A stretch of DNA of 64,000 nt from an uncultured Nitrososphaerota archaeon (GCA_963824385.1 CAWGPD010000003.1:259976-323975), one strand, 5' to 3'. Positions 19,432-30,444 are shown, counted from the first letter of the stretch. The notes: a model not told the origin generated them from the letters alone. Program-made: numbers and translations.

Positions 19432-20619
19432 TCACCTCTTTTTTAGTAATTTATTAGCTTCTGTTGATTGTAGTCCCCATAGCTCAACGAATCCTTTTCC
19501 AAGAGTCTGGTCAAAAGTAGACCTAGCTCCATATGTTGCCAAGTCATGACTATACAACGAATATTCTGATTTTCTTCCAACAACTCTAAGACTTCCTTTG
19601 AACATTTTGAGTCTGACAGATCCGCTAACCCTCTTCTGAGTAGCATTGATAAACATATCTAAATCCGTTTTCAATGGATCTTGCCACAATCCAGAATATG
19701 CTAACCAAGCCCATTCCGCATCAACCATTGCTTTGAATTTTAATTCGTGTTTAGTTAGAACCATTTTTTCAAGATCTGTATGTGCCTCAATTATGCATGC
19801 CGCACCTGGTGTCTCATAGACCTCTCTTGATTTTATTCCTACTACCCTGTCTTCAATATGGTCTACAATTCCTACTCCGTTTGCACCTGCTTTTTTGTTG
19901 ATGTATCTGATTAATTCAATTGGCTTCATGCGTTTTCCATCTGCTGCAACAGGTACTCCATTTTGGAATTTAATTTCCAAGTACTGTGGTTTGTCTGGTA
20001 AATTCTTTGTCTTGACCCAGATGAATGCATCATCTGGCGGTTCAGAAAATGCATCTTCCATATCACCACCTTCAATTGCTCTTCCCCACAAGTTTTGATC
20101 GATACTGAATCTCTTGGCAGCATTATCGATTGGAATCTTGTGTTTTTGTGCATACTTTAGCTCTACATCACGTGTTAGATTCAGATCGCGTATTGGTGCA
20201 ATGATGGGAAGATTAGAGCCAGAACGATATGTGACATCAAATCTTACTTGGTCATTTCCTTTACCTGTACAACCATGAGCTAACGCAGTAGCATTTTCTT
20301 TTTTTGCAACTTCAACTACTTTTTGTGCAATTAATGGTCGTGCAAGAGCAGTTGCAAGACAGTATTTCTTTTGGTAAAGTGCATTTGCTTTAATTGATGG
20401 AAAAATGAAATTATCAACAAATTCTTGACGTGCATCAATGTTGTAATGGTTTACTACTCCTAGACTTTTTGCTTTGGCTGAAATCTTTTTGAGATTATCT
20501 TCTTGACCAACATCAACAGTAACTGTTACAACATCAAGATTATGTTTTTCTTGGAGATATTTTATGACAACCGAAGTATCAAGTCCGCCAGAGAAAGCTA
20601 GAATTGCTTTTCCTTTCAT
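19432..20619 (-). CDS. argG: Argininosuccinate synthase
   Basis: AFSGGLDTS, HGCTGKGNDQVRF, GIKSREVYE. Confidence 0.97.
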   Translation of the reverse strand: MKGKAILAFSGGLDTSVVIKYLQEKHNLDVVTVTVDVGQEDNLKKISAKAKSLGVVNHYNIDARQEFVDNFIFPSIKANALYQKKYCLATALARPLIAQKVVEVAKKENATALAHGCTGKGNDQVRFDVTYRSGSNLPIIAPIRDLNLTRDVELKYAQKHKIPIDNAAKRFSIDQNLWGRAIEGGDMEDAFSEPPDDAFIWVKTKNLPDKPQYLEIKFQNGVPVAADGKRMKPIELIRYINKKAGANGVGIVDHIEDRVVGIKSREVYETPGAACIIEAHTDLEKMVLTKHELKFKAMVDAEWAWLAYSGLWQDPLKTDLDMFINATQKRVSGSVRLKMFKGSLRVVGRKSEYSLYSHDLATYGARSTFDQTLGKGFVELWGLQSTEANKLLKKR

Positions 20620-20858
20620 CGAGGTTTTGTGTGTTCAGAATTTAGCATTTATCTTTTATGATCAGTCAATTGATCGATTTTATTTTCTGTAAAATACGAA
20701 AAATTAATTTTTAATTTATCTCATAAAGCAAATTAGTCCAAGCTAAAATTCGATCACTATTTAACCAATAAATTATAACGCTGTTATATGAAATTCATAC
20801 CCTCTGCGGGCTTCGTAGTAGTTACTATTCGTAATGTTGTAAAAGGAGACTTTGAGAA

Positions 20859-21636
20859 ATGACCAAACTTCAAGCAAAAAATATTGTAAAACACTTTGAT
20901 CATAATGGAAACTCTGTGATTGCTTTAGATGGAATTACTCTAAATGTCGAGGAAGGGGACTTTGTATGTATAGTTGGACCGTCTGGATGTGGAAAATCTA
21001 CTTTTCTAAATATTGTAGTCGGACTTGAAACACCAGACTCTGGAGAAATACTTCTAAATGGAAAACCAATCTCAACTCCTGGACCTGACAGAACTATGGT
21101 ATTCCAAGAAGGTGCACTCTTTCCATGGCTCAAAGTAATTGACAATATAGAATTTGGATTAAAAATAGTGGGTATTCCGCAAGATGAACGCAGAGAGATA
21201 TCTCAGAGATATTTGGATATGATGCAGCTAACAAAATTTGCCGACTCGTATACATATCAGCTTTCAACTGGAATGAAACAAAGAGTTGCAATAGCAAGAG
21301 TCTCTTGCAATGGATCCAGAAATTCTTTTAATGGATGAGCCTTTTGCCGCACTTGATTCTCAAACAAGAGATTTGTTATTAGTTGAATTGCAATTAATTT
21401 GGGAAAGAACAAAAAAGACTATCATATTTGTAACACATAATATTTCAGAATCTGTAATACTTGGGAATAAAGTTGAGATCTTCAAAAATAGACCGTCTAA
21501 AATTAAAAAAGAAGTAATAATTGATTATAGACGGCCAAGACTTGCAGAAGATGAAAATCTACAAAAATATTATCATCAAATTCTTGACGAACTAAAAAGT
21601 GAAGTCATTGCACAAACAAAGGATGAATTACAATGA
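20859..21636 (+). CDS. ABC transporter ATPase (NitT/TauT/SsuB type); +1 frameshift near 21301
   Basis: GPSGCGKST, LSTGMKQRVAIAR, then LLMDEPFAALD in the next frame. Confidence 0.9.
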
Positions 21637-22433
21637 CTAACGACATTCAATTAAAAAAATCTCATCGTAATCTTGATGATGCAGCAAATGCTGCATTGTT
21701 CATAGCTGTATTTACTGGTATTTGGCAAATTGTGTTTATGCTTGGAATATGGCCAATAATTTCTCTTCCTTCACCAGTAATGGTGGCTGAGACATTTGCT
21801 AAAATCATCTTGAATGGTTCACTGCCTCAAAGTATAGGCATAACCATCGGACGATTGCTTGTGGCTTTTACAATTTCCATTACACTTGGAACTCTGATTG
21901 GATTTGTAATGGTAAAATTCAAGGGCTTTGGAAAAACCTTAAACTCATTTTCAGCAGGTCTGCTTTCTTTTCCTAGTATTGCTTGGGTACCATTCTCAAT
22001 TCTACTCATAGGCTTTAATGAATTTGGAATACTGTTTGTTGTAATAATGAGTTCAATTTTTTCTATAATGATTTCAACGTATAGCAGTATTCGAAACATA
22101 CCTACAATCTATCTTGATGCTGCAAGAAATATGGGGGCAAAAGGTTTTTCATTATTTAAGCATGTTACAATTCCTGCCGCTACTCCTTCTCTGATAATTG
22201 GTCTGAGACAAGCATGGTCATTTGCTTGGCATGCTATAATTGGTGCTGAGATATTGATGTCAATTGTAGGTCTTGGACACATTCTCTCTGTTGGAAGAGA
22301 ATTTTTGGATATGAGTCAGGTAATCGCAAGTATGGTTACAATTTTTGTTATTGGTTTGTTGGTTGATAGATTCTTTTTACACAAGATGGAAGAAAGAATC
22401 AGAAGAAAGTGGGGATTAGACCATCATAGGTAA
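21633..22433 (+). CDS. ABC transporter permease (SsuC/TauC type)
   Basis: Multiple TM helices, AARNMGA EAA-like loop, AEIL motif. Confidence 0.9.
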   Translation: MTNDIQLKKSHRNLDDAANAALFIAVFTGIWQIVFMLGIWPIISLPSPVMVAETFAKIILNGSLPQSIGITIGRLLVAFTISITLGTLIGFVMVKFKGFGKTLNSFSAGLLSFPSIAWVPFSILLIGFNEFGILFVVIMSSIFSIMISTYSSIRNIPTIYLDAARNMGAKGFSLFKHVTIPAATPSLIIGLRQAWSFAWHAIIGAEILMSIVGLGHILSVGREFLDMSQVIASMVTIFVIGLLVDRFFLHKMEERIRRKWGLDHHR

Positions 22434-22440
22434 TGATGTA

Positions 22441-23499
22441 ATGATGAATCCAGGATTAAAGTTTGCAATTGCAGGAGGAATCATTATAGCAGTAATAATT
22501 ATTTCATTGACAACACATTATGATATTAGATCAGTAAATTCTGAGAATACTTCATCTGATGTTCTAAGGATTGGATACTTTGCCAACATAAATCACATTC
22601 AAGCCGTAATAGGAATTGGAAATGGAGACTTTCAAAACGGTCTAGGCGATGTTAAGATTCAATCACAAGTATTTGATGCAGGACCATCTGCCATTGAAGC
22701 ACTCGTTGCAAATAGAATTGATGTAGCATATGTAGGACCCAATCCTGCAATCAACGGATATCTCAAAAGTGATGGTCAAGGACTACGAATAATATCTGGT
22801 GTCTCAAGTGGAGGTGCAGTTTTTGTAATTAGAAATGATTCTGGAATTAATGGCATACATGACTTTGCAGACAAAAAATTTGCCTCACCTCAACTTGGTA
22901 ATACCCAAGATGTGGCACTACGAACTTATCTGTTAAAGAATGGCTATGCGACTACGGAAAATGGAGGGAATGTAACAATAATTCCTGCAAAGATTGCTGA
23001 CATAGTTACTATGATGTCAAAAAAAGACATTGATGGTGCATGGGTTCCAGAACCCTGGGGAACAATACTTGCCAAGCAAGCAAACGGCAGGATCTTTCTT
23101 GATGAGAGAGACTTGTGGCCAAATGGGGAATTTGCAACTGCATTAATAGTTGCAAGAACTGATTATCTGAACAGTCATCCTGATGTGATACAGAAGCTTC
23201 TAGAAGCTCATGTAAAAGAAACAATTTGGATTAACAATAACAAAGATGAATCTATGAAAATTTTCAATGATCAAATTCAAAAACTAACTGGAAAAACAAT
23301 TTCAAACGATGTAATTTCTAAGGCCTTGTCTAGAATGGAGATTACCTATAATCCCATGAAATCATCTATTGACAAATCTGCTAACGATGCATACAGTCTG
23401 GGTTTTCTGGGTGATGAGAAACCCGATCTGTCTAACATATTTGATTTGACAATTCTCAATAAAGTATTACAAGAACAAAATCTTCCAACAATTCCCTAA
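22441..23499 (+). CDS. ABC substrate-binding protein (SsuA, aliphatic sulfonate/nitrate type)
   Basis: RIGYFANINH, YVGPNPA, PQLGNTQDVALR, WVPEPW. Confidence 0.88.
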   Translation: MMNPGLKFAIAGGIIIAVIIISLTTHYDIRSVNSENTSSDVLRIGYFANINHIQAVIGIGNGDFQNGLGDVKIQSQVFDAGPSAIEALVANRIDVAYVGPNPAINGYLKSDGQGLRIISGVSSGGAVFVIRNDSGINGIHDFADKKFASPQLGNTQDVALRTYLLKNGYATTENGGNVTIIPAKIADIVTMMSKKDIDGAWVPEPWGTILAKQANGRIFLDERDLWPNGEFATALIVARTDYLNSHPDVIQKLLEAHVKETIWINNNKDESMKIFNDQIQKLTGKTISNDVISKALSRMEITYNPMKSSIDKSANDAYSLGFLGDEKPDLSNIFDLTILNKVLQEQNLPTIP

Positions 23500-24552
23500 T
23501 CTTTCTTCTTTTTCCAGATTATGATGCTGATTGCAACAGCTACAATTGGTATTGTTACTAAAAGAATACCTCTATTATTTACTGGAGATTGTGAAATATT
23601 ACTGACTGTTCCAAAGCCCGAAATTTCTACATTAGACACTGAACTTTCCGGTACATTGAAAAGCTACATGCCAACTACCATTGGAATCTTGACTTTGAAG
23701 AAATTCTATTGGATTGCCATTCACTTTTACTGCAAATTTTTCATCACTTGATTCTTGAGGAAACATGAAATTCACAAATCCTTTTTCTGGGAAGGGCTGA
23801 CGCACTGTTAAACTTAGGGTTTGACTAGAATCATCATATTTTTGATCATCCACTGCTCCAGAAGTTAGAAAACTAAAATAAAATTTACTGCCATTCCTTT
23901 CTACCCATATTGTTTGCGATGGATCATCACCGACTACAAAACAGCTGTAATAGCTTACTTTTGAAGCAAGTTGAGGATCAGGATACATCGAAAATGCAAT
24001 TTTTTGTCCAGGATCCATTTTTTCAATTGTCTCAATGCTTTTACCAGTATCCAGAATCTTTCCGTCTTTGCCATAAATTACTGCATACACTCGTACTCCG
24101 TATGCGGGAGATGTATCATTATTTAAGATAAAACCTGAAGTGTGGCCGTCGGCGTGTTTGATTAAAGTCCTACCGTAGATTACAGCAATGTCTAAAGCAT
24201 CATGACTTGACGTAACAAAACTTACTTGGGGTTTTTCAAGAGTTGCATTATTATCTTCTATTTCTGGTATTTTGATCTTAAATGGAATATCTCTTAGCGA
24301 ATTAACAATTGAAAGGGTATAGTTGTCTGCAATTTCTTTGTCTCCATCTTTGACATTAATTATAATAGAAGGAATTATTGCTACATTCTCTGTATTTTTT
24401 ACCGCGCCTACAACTGTATATGTCCCATTGGAATCATAGTATCCTAGAAACTCGTTATCTGGAATCCATACGTTTGCTGAGGCTGGATGATAAGAAATTA
24501 TTCCTAATCCAATCAGTACTGCAAATATGGAAACTGTAACAAGTAACCTCAT
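23496..24552 (-). CDS. Exported membrane-anchored protein (FxLYD-like domains); +1 frameshift in T-run near 23660
   Basis: Signal peptide; removing one T restores ...VAFNVPESS... to a C-terminal TM (LLVTIPIVAVAISIIIW) and KKKKD stop at 23496. Confidence 0.7.
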
Positions 24553-24632
24553 GTTATAACGCTCTCTTGGATGTCAATCTTTAATTTTAAGTGAGGTATT
24601 GATTTCCATCTCTGTTGCATCTGATATCTAAA

Positions 24633-25388
24633 TTACTTTAATCTGTGTAAAAGATCTAGTGCGCCAGCAAAGTCATTTGGAGAGCTTATCAATACATTGC
24701 CTGCAATCTTGTCTACCTGTTTTACAAATCCTACCAAGTCTTTATTGTATTCTGACCAGTCTAGCTTTAGCATTTGAGCCGATTTGAGATTCTTCTCCGA
24801 TGATATCAACACACAAGGGATTGTTCTAAATCCCTGTGGTTTTAGCTTGTCTACCATTCTTGTAACCTGGTCTATGGAATTTATCACCTGGGTCACAAAT
24901 CCTTTTGGCTGAGCCTCAATTTTTTTATGCATCTTTTCAAAATCGGGATTACTTGAAATGGACAAGTACATGTCAATTCTCTTTGCAAAACCTTGTTCAT
25001 TGAATTGTTTTACAACATCACTTGGAACAAGTCCCGAATCTGTTGGACCTACCGGAGGTGAATCGCCTTTTAGGACTAGAACCCCATTCAAATTTAGTAA
25101 AATTGCATCGCATATGGTCTGCGTAATTGAAGTGAGATTCCTATCTCTCACTCTAATACTTGCAGTTATTCTTATTTTGTTGTTTGAATTTCTTATGAAA
25201 AATCCGGCAGTGATAGGTGATACACGAGGAATTCCAAGTACAGAATCAGTCAGATGAATTCCATCAGATACTTGACCAATCTTAACAGCTCGCTCCTTTA
25301 GTTTTTCAACCGACTCGGCTAGTTGGTCATGAGACAATATGGTATCCTGAATAACCTTTGGAGGGTTGATCTCATAGATTATGGTCAT
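24633..25388 (-). CDS. metF: Methylenetetrahydrofolate reductase-like protein
   Basis: YEINPPK, TDSVLG, RVRDRN, LKGD, VTQ; divergent from metH genes. Confidence 0.8.
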   Translation of the reverse strand: MTIIYEINPPKVIQDTILSHDQLAESVEKLKERAVKIGQVSDGIHLTDSVLGIPRVSPITAGFFIRNSNNKIRITASIRVRDRNLTSITQTICDAILLNLNGVLVLKGDSPPVGPTDSGLVPSDVVKQFNEQGFAKRIDMYLSISSNPDFEKMHKKIEAQPKGFVTQVINSIDQVTRMVDKLKPQGFRTIPCVLISSEKNLKSAQMLKLDWSEYNKDLVGFVKQVDKIAGNVLISSPNDFAGALDLLHRLK

Positions 25389-25482
25389 AATTGACTGTCC
25401 TGTCTACTTGATTATAACCTTTGAAGATAATCGGTATTACAACAAAACAAAACAGAATTAAATCGTTGATAACACATCTTAG

Positions 25483-26451
25483 TTGTATTTGACTGGAAAA
25501 ATTCCTTTAGATCAATTGATGAAACAAAAAGTTGTACTTTTTGATGGTGCGATGGGAACAGAGATTCAAAAACTAAATCCACGACCAGAAGACTTTCCTG
25601 ATGGCAAAGAAGGATTCAATGACGGATTGTCGTTTACCAGACCTGACTGGATTAAGAATATTCACAGATCATATTTACGTGCAGGAGCAGATTGTGTTGA
25701 GACTAATACATTTGGTTCAAACAAGCTAAAGTTAGAAGAATATGGTTATGGTGATCAAACACTAGAATATAACAAAAAGATTGCCGAGCTTGCAGTTGAA
25801 GTTACTAAAGAATTTACAGACAAGCCACGGTATGTCATTGGCTCTATGGGTCCAACTGGCTTTCTTCCAAGCTCAAATGATCCATCACTTGGACAAATAA
25901 AACTCGATGAGATTAGAGAAGCATTTGAGATCCAAGCAGAAGGTCTCATACTTGGAGGAGTTGACGCACTACTAATTGAAACAAGTCAGGATATTTTGGA
26001 AGTAAAACTTGCAATTGAGGCATGTCATAACGCATTTAAAAAAACTGGCAAGAAAGTTCCAATTATTGCAAATGTTACATTGGATAAATACGGCAAGATG
26101 CTTCTTGGCACAAATATACAAGCTGCATATACTACAGTCTCTGAGATGGGAATTGATGCCTTTGGTCTAAACTGTTCCACTGGACCCAATGAAATGATTC
26201 CTAGTGTACAATGGCTCAACGAGCAAAATGAATTACCGCTACTTGTTGTACCGAATGCTGGAATGCCAGAAAACCAAGGGGGAAGGGCAGTATACAAAAT
26301 GGCGCCACCTGAGATGGCCAAAGTAATGACGGATTTTTTATCACAATATCCAAAAGTGAGAATAATTGGAGGATGCTGTGGAACAAACGTGGACCACATC
26401 TCTCTTTTACGTAAAGTAATTGACGAAAAGGCGACAGAAAATAATCGCTAG
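25483..26451 (+). CDS. metH: Methionine synthase, homocysteine-binding module
   Basis: DGAMGT, ETNTF, GLNC, PNAG, GGCCGT. Confidence 0.92.
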   Translation: MYLTGKIPLDQLMKQKVVLFDGAMGTEIQKLNPRPEDFPDGKEGFNDGLSFTRPDWIKNIHRSYLRAGADCVETNTFGSNKLKLEEYGYGDQTLEYNKKIAELAVEVTKEFTDKPRYVIGSMGPTGFLPSSNDPSLGQIKLDEIREAFEIQAEGLILGGVDALLIETSQDILEVKLAIEACHNAFKKTGKKVPIIANVTLDKYGKMLLGTNIQAAYTTVSEMGIDAFGLNCSTGPNEMIPSVQWLNEQNELPLLVVPNAGMPENQGGRAVYKMAPPEMAKVMTDFLSQYPKVRIIGGCCGTNVDHISLLRKVIDEKATENNR

Positions 26452-26468
26452 GTATTTAGAAAAAGTGA

Positions 26469-28985
26469 TTGAGAACAACATTGTTGAAAACTCCTAGAGT
26501 CAGTTCTGCATTAAAGGCAGTAGATCTTAGACAAAATCCTGCTCCATTGATAATTGGAGAGAGGCTAAACGCCCAAGGCTCTAAAAAGGCAAAGGAATGT
26601 GTCCTAAATGACAATTTTGAGGAACTGGTAAAACTTGCAAGAGACCAGGTAGATGACGGAGCACATTGCCTTGATGTCTGTGTAGCAACAACTGAACGCT
26701 CAGACGAACTTGAATTTATGAAAAAACTTGTAAAATTACTAAGCTTGGAAATTGATGCACCACTAGTTATTGATTCAACAGAACCCAAAGTAATTGCAAT
26801 TGCACTTGAACAAATTCCTGGAAAACCTATCATAAACTCAATAAATCTGGAAGGTGATGGAAGCAGGTTTCATTTGCTTGCTCCGCTTATGGTAAAGTAT
26901 GGGGTTCCAGCTGTTGCCATGTGTATTGGGCCAAAGGGGATGGCAAAAACCCCTCAAGAAAAACTAGAGACTGCAGAACTGTTGGTTGAAACTGGAAAAA
27001 AATATGGACTAACTGAAGAGCATTTCATTTTTGATGTCTTGACATTTACCTTGGCCACAGGAGAGGCTGAATTTCTAGATGCTGGAAAAAATACCCTAGA
27101 AGGAATTCGTCTTGTAAAACAAAAATTTCCAAATTCCTTTACAACCCTTGGACTAAGTAACGTTAGTTTTGGTTTAGCACCACGTGCAAGAAAAATTCTT
27201 AATGCCGTATTTTTATTTCATGCAGTAAAAAATGGATTAGATACAGTCATAATTAATCCAAAGGATGTCATACCTTATACTGAAATTGATGAAAAAGAAA
27301 AAAAACTTTCTGAGGATCTAATATTTAACAAACACCCTAATGCACTTGCTGACTTTATCACATATTTTGAAAGTTCAAAAGGTACAACTCAAGCAACAGC
27401 TAAAAAAATAGATGTAGATCCTACATGGCCAGCAGGGAAAAGATCAAACTTTAGAATAGTAAACAGACTAAAGGATGGGATAGAAAATGACGTCGTAAGT
27501 GCAATAGCTGAAAAAATTTCTGTAAAATTTAATCTGGTGGAAAAGGATGGTAAAATTATAATTGATGCTCCTAAAGATGTGACTCACCAAGCTGCTATTT
27601 TGACACTAAACGAAGATCTCCTGCCTGCAATGAAGGAGGTTGGAGACAAGTTTGGCTCTGGAGAATTGATCCTTCCATTTGTACTCAAATCTGCAGAATG
27701 CATGAAGGCATCTGTTGCAGAACTTGAAAAATATCTCTTAAAAGAAGAAGGATCTAGTAAAGGAAAACTGGTTCTTGGAACAGTTTATGGCGACGTGCAT
27801 GATATTGGAAAAAATCTCGTAAAAACCATTTTTGAAAACAATGGATATACTGTATATGATCTCGGAAAACAAGTTCCATTACAAAAATTCTTGGAAAAAA
27901 TAGAAGAGGTAAATGCCGACGCCATTGGACTTTCTGCACTCTTGGTATCAACATCAAAACAAATGCAGTATTTTGTAGAACATGCAAGAAAGAACAACAT
28001 GAACATTCCTGTACTTTGTGGTGGTGCTGCAATTAACACTAATTACATAAATAGGGTGGCAAAGGAGGGTGGAATCTATACGCCGGGCGCCTTTTACTGC
28101 AAGACCATGTTTGATGGATTGAAAATAATGGACAAACTTGTCTCACCTGAAAAACAAAAATTTGTACAAGAGTGGCAAGAGAAAATTATAAAGTGGAAAG
28201 AGCCAGTCTTTGAAAAGCAAGAAGTACAAGAGTTTGCACACAGTGGAATAGTTCCTGTAACATCTCCCATTCCACCCCAGTTCAACACTCCAATTAGACT
28301 TGAACCAAAAGATATAGACTTGAACGAGGTTTGGAAGTATCTTAACAAAAAATCACTTTTTGTATTGTCTTGGGGAGTAAGAGGACAATCTGCAAAAGAA
28401 TCTGAAAGAGAACATGATGTGTTATTTGAAGAATGGAAAAAGAAGATACTTGAAGAAAAATTGTTTGAGCCAAGAGCGGTATACGGTTACTTTAGATGCC
28501 ATAATGAAGATGGTAAACTATCTGTAGACAATCCAAGTGGAGAAAAATTAGTGTTTGATTTTCCACGCTCTTCAAAATCTAAGCATCTCTGTCTTACTGA
28601 TTATTTTGGTAAAGATGATGTAGTTGCATTCCAAGCAGTTACTGTAGGTACTAAAACCTCTGACTTGATAGATAAATGGAATAAGGAAGATAGGTACACT
28701 GATGCCTATTACTTGCACGGTATGGCAGTAGAAACTGCAGAGGCAATGGCTGAATGGATTAATCATAAAATAAGAGACGATCTCAAGATTGGAGATAAAA
28801 GAGGTCTTAGATACAGTTGGGGTTATCCAAGCTGCCCTGATGTATCACAGCACCATATTGTATGGAAATTGTTGGAACCACAAAAATCTGGCATGACATT
28901 AACCGAAGCCGGACAAATAATTCCAGAACAATCAACGGCTGCTATAGTAGTGCATCATCCAGAAGCAGAATATTTTGTTCTCTAG
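26469..28985 (+). CDS. metH: Methionine synthase pterin-, cobalamin-binding and activation modules
   Basis: IIGERLN, INSINLE, GDVHDIGKNLV, RYSWGYPSCPD, PEQST. Confidence 0.93.
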   Translation: MRTTLLKTPRVSSALKAVDLRQNPAPLIIGERLNAQGSKKAKECVLNDNFEELVKLARDQVDDGAHCLDVCVATTERSDELEFMKKLVKLLSLEIDAPLVIDSTEPKVIAIALEQIPGKPIINSINLEGDGSRFHLLAPLMVKYGVPAVAMCIGPKGMAKTPQEKLETAELLVETGKKYGLTEEHFIFDVLTFTLATGEAEFLDAGKNTLEGIRLVKQKFPNSFTTLGLSNVSFGLAPRARKILNAVFLFHAVKNGLDTVIINPKDVIPYTEIDEKEKKLSEDLIFNKHPNALADFITYFESSKGTTQATAKKIDVDPTWPAGKRSNFRIVNRLKDGIENDVVSAIAEKISVKFNLVEKDGKIIIDAPKDVTHQAAILTLNEDLLPAMKEVGDKFGSGELILPFVLKSAECMKASVAELEKYLLKEEGSSKGKLVLGTVYGDVHDIGKNLVKTIFENNGYTVYDLGKQVPLQKFLEKIEEVNADAIGLSALLVSTSKQMQYFVEHARKNNMNIPVLCGGAAINTNYINRVAKEGGIYTPGAFYCKTMFDGLKIMDKLVSPEKQKFVQEWQEKIIKWKEPVFEKQEVQEFAHSGIVPVTSPIPPQFNTPIRLEPKDIDLNEVWKYLNKKSLFVLSWGVRGQSAKESEREHDVLFEEWKKKILEEKLFEPRAVYGYFRCHNEDGKLSVDNPSGEKLVFDFPRSSKSKHLCLTDYFGKDDVVAFQAVTVGTKTSDLIDKWNKEDRYTDAYYLHGMAVETAEAMAEWINHKIRDDLKIGDKRGLRYSWGYPSCPDVSQHHIVWKLLEPQKSGMTLTEAGQIIPEQSTAAIVVHHPEAEYFVL

Positions 28986-29018
28986 TTTTATTATTATCTG
29001 TAAACATAACAGACAATA

Positions 29019-29591
29019 ATGAATTCTGACATTCATAAAATATTGGATGTTGAAAATCTAAAACAGATATTGACAAATTCAATAATATCAGAGGCACCAG
29101 GCGATTCTAAAAGTAAGATTGCTGCAGTTATGATAATTATCTTTGGAAATGAACCAATATTATTGATGACTGAAAGACCTACAACAATGAATCACCATGC
29201 AGGTGAAATTTCATTTCCTGGCGGAATGTGGGAAAAGGAAGATAGAGATCTATTGGGAACTGCAATCAGAGAAACAAGGGAAGAATTGGGTGTGGAAATT
29301 TCTCGGTCTATGGTAATTGGTCAACTAAACCCCGTGACAACTCTGAACTCTGGTTTTACAATAACACCGTTTATTGCAATGCTTGATGAATTACCATCAA
29401 TTGTCCCAAATTCTGAAATTGCATCAGTTCTGAGAATGCCTCTTTTTTCACTTCTTCAAACTATTGAAGATGACAAAGATCCATCCCACACATCTATTCT
29501 AGAAATGCATACTTTCAAATTCCAAAATCATTTGATATGGGGAGCATCGGCAAGAATGCTAAAACAGATGCTTGTCAAGATATCGTCATAG
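29019..29591 (+). CDS. Nudix hydrolase (CoA pyrophosphatase type)
   Basis: HAGEISFPGG, AIRETREELG, IWGASA. Confidence 0.9.
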   Translation: MNSDIHKILDVENLKQILTNSIISEAPGDSKSKIAAVMIIIFGNEPILLMTERPTTMNHHAGEISFPGGMWEKEDRDLLGTAIRETREELGVEISRSMVIGQLNPVTTLNSGFTITPFIAMLDELPSIVPNSEIASVLRMPLFSLLQTIEDDKDPSHTSILEMHTFKFQNHLIWGASARMLKQMLVKISS

Positions 29592-29646
29592 TTTTATCTG
29601 ATATTTCTGAGATTCATTTAAAAAGAGGACAAAATGTCAAATTTTT

Positions 29647-29805
29647 ATGGCTGCCCGTAAGTCAACTCCAAGAAAAAACAGATTGATGAAGAAAGTGAAA
29701 CAGAATGCATCTGTACCAGCTTGGATAATAGTTAGGACAAAGCGAAGAGTAAGAACTAATCCTCAGAAGAGACAATGGCGCAGAACTGATGTGAGTGTGG
29801 GATAG
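29647..29805 (+). CDS. rpl39e: Ribosomal protein L39e
   Basis: Translated by hand: MAARKSTPRKNRLMKKVKQNASVPAWIIVRTKRRVRTNPQKRQWRRT; precedes rpl31e. Confidence 0.95.
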   Translation: MAARKSTPRKNRLMKKVKQNASVPAWIIVRTKRRVRTNPQKRQWRRTDVSVG

Positions 29806-30444
29806 TTGTCTACTGAATCATTAGAAAGAATTTACACTATTAATCTTGGAAAAGTACTCTTGTCTCCAAACAACCAGAGGGCAAAGAGAGCAATCAACAT
29901 GATACGTGAATTTGCAACAAAACATATGAAATCTGAAAATATCAAAATTGAAGAAGAAGTAAGCCATTTGGTTTGGGCACGTGGTATTAGACATCCTCCG
30001 AGAAAGATTAGAGTCAAGATTACAAAAGATGATGGTAACGTTATAGTTTCAAAGTATCAAGAAGAAAAGGCAACAGAAGAGACATCCAAGAAGGAAGATA
30101 AAAAATCTAAAGGTAAATCAAAGAAGGGAGATAAGAAATCTGAAGGCAAGCCAAAGAAAGAGGAAAAGAAAGTAGAAGAAAAAAAGACAGAAGAGAAACC
30201 AAAGAAAGTTGAAGAAAAGAAAGTAGAAGAGACTCCAAAGAAAGTAGAAGAAAAAAAGACAGAAGAGAAACCAAAGAAAGTTGAAGAAAAGAAAGTAGAA
30301 GAGACTCCAAAGAAAGTAGAAGAAAAAAAGACAGAAGAGAAACCAAAGAAAGTTGAAGAAAAGAAAGTAGAAGAGACTCCAAAGAAAGTAGAAGAAAAAA
30401 AGGCTACTGAATCTAAACCAGAAAAGAAATCAAAGAAAGATTAA
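29806..30444 (+). CDS. rpl31e: Ribosomal protein L31e with long K/E-rich C-terminal tail
   Basis: ERIYTINL, RAKRAI, VWARGIRHPPRKIRV. Confidence 0.95.
   Translation: MSTESLERIYTINLGKVLLSPNNQRAKRAINMIREFATKHMKSENIKIEEEVSHLVWARGIRHPPRKIRVKITKDDGNVIVSKYQEEKATEETSKKEDKKSKGKSKKGDKKSEGKPKKEEKKVEEKKTEEKPKKVEEKKVEETPKKVEEKKTEEKPKKVEEKKVEETPKKVEEKKTEEKPKKVEEKKVEETPKKVEEKKATESKPEKKSKKD
30166..30402 (+). repeat. In-frame 72-bp tandem repeat, 3 full copies plus a partial
   Basis: Unit encodes KKVEEKKTEEKPKKVEEKKVEETP; copies start at 30166, 30238 and 30310, partial at 30382. Confidence 0.92.

Noticed and set aside
25483..28985. Split metH as another frameshift artefact
   Set aside because: The break falls at a domain boundary with a proper stop and a separate start 17 bp later; split MetH is a known natural arrangement
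30166..30402. Regular repeat array as a possible CRISPR
   Set aside because: No unique spacers; in-frame coding repeat within rpl31e; no cas genes
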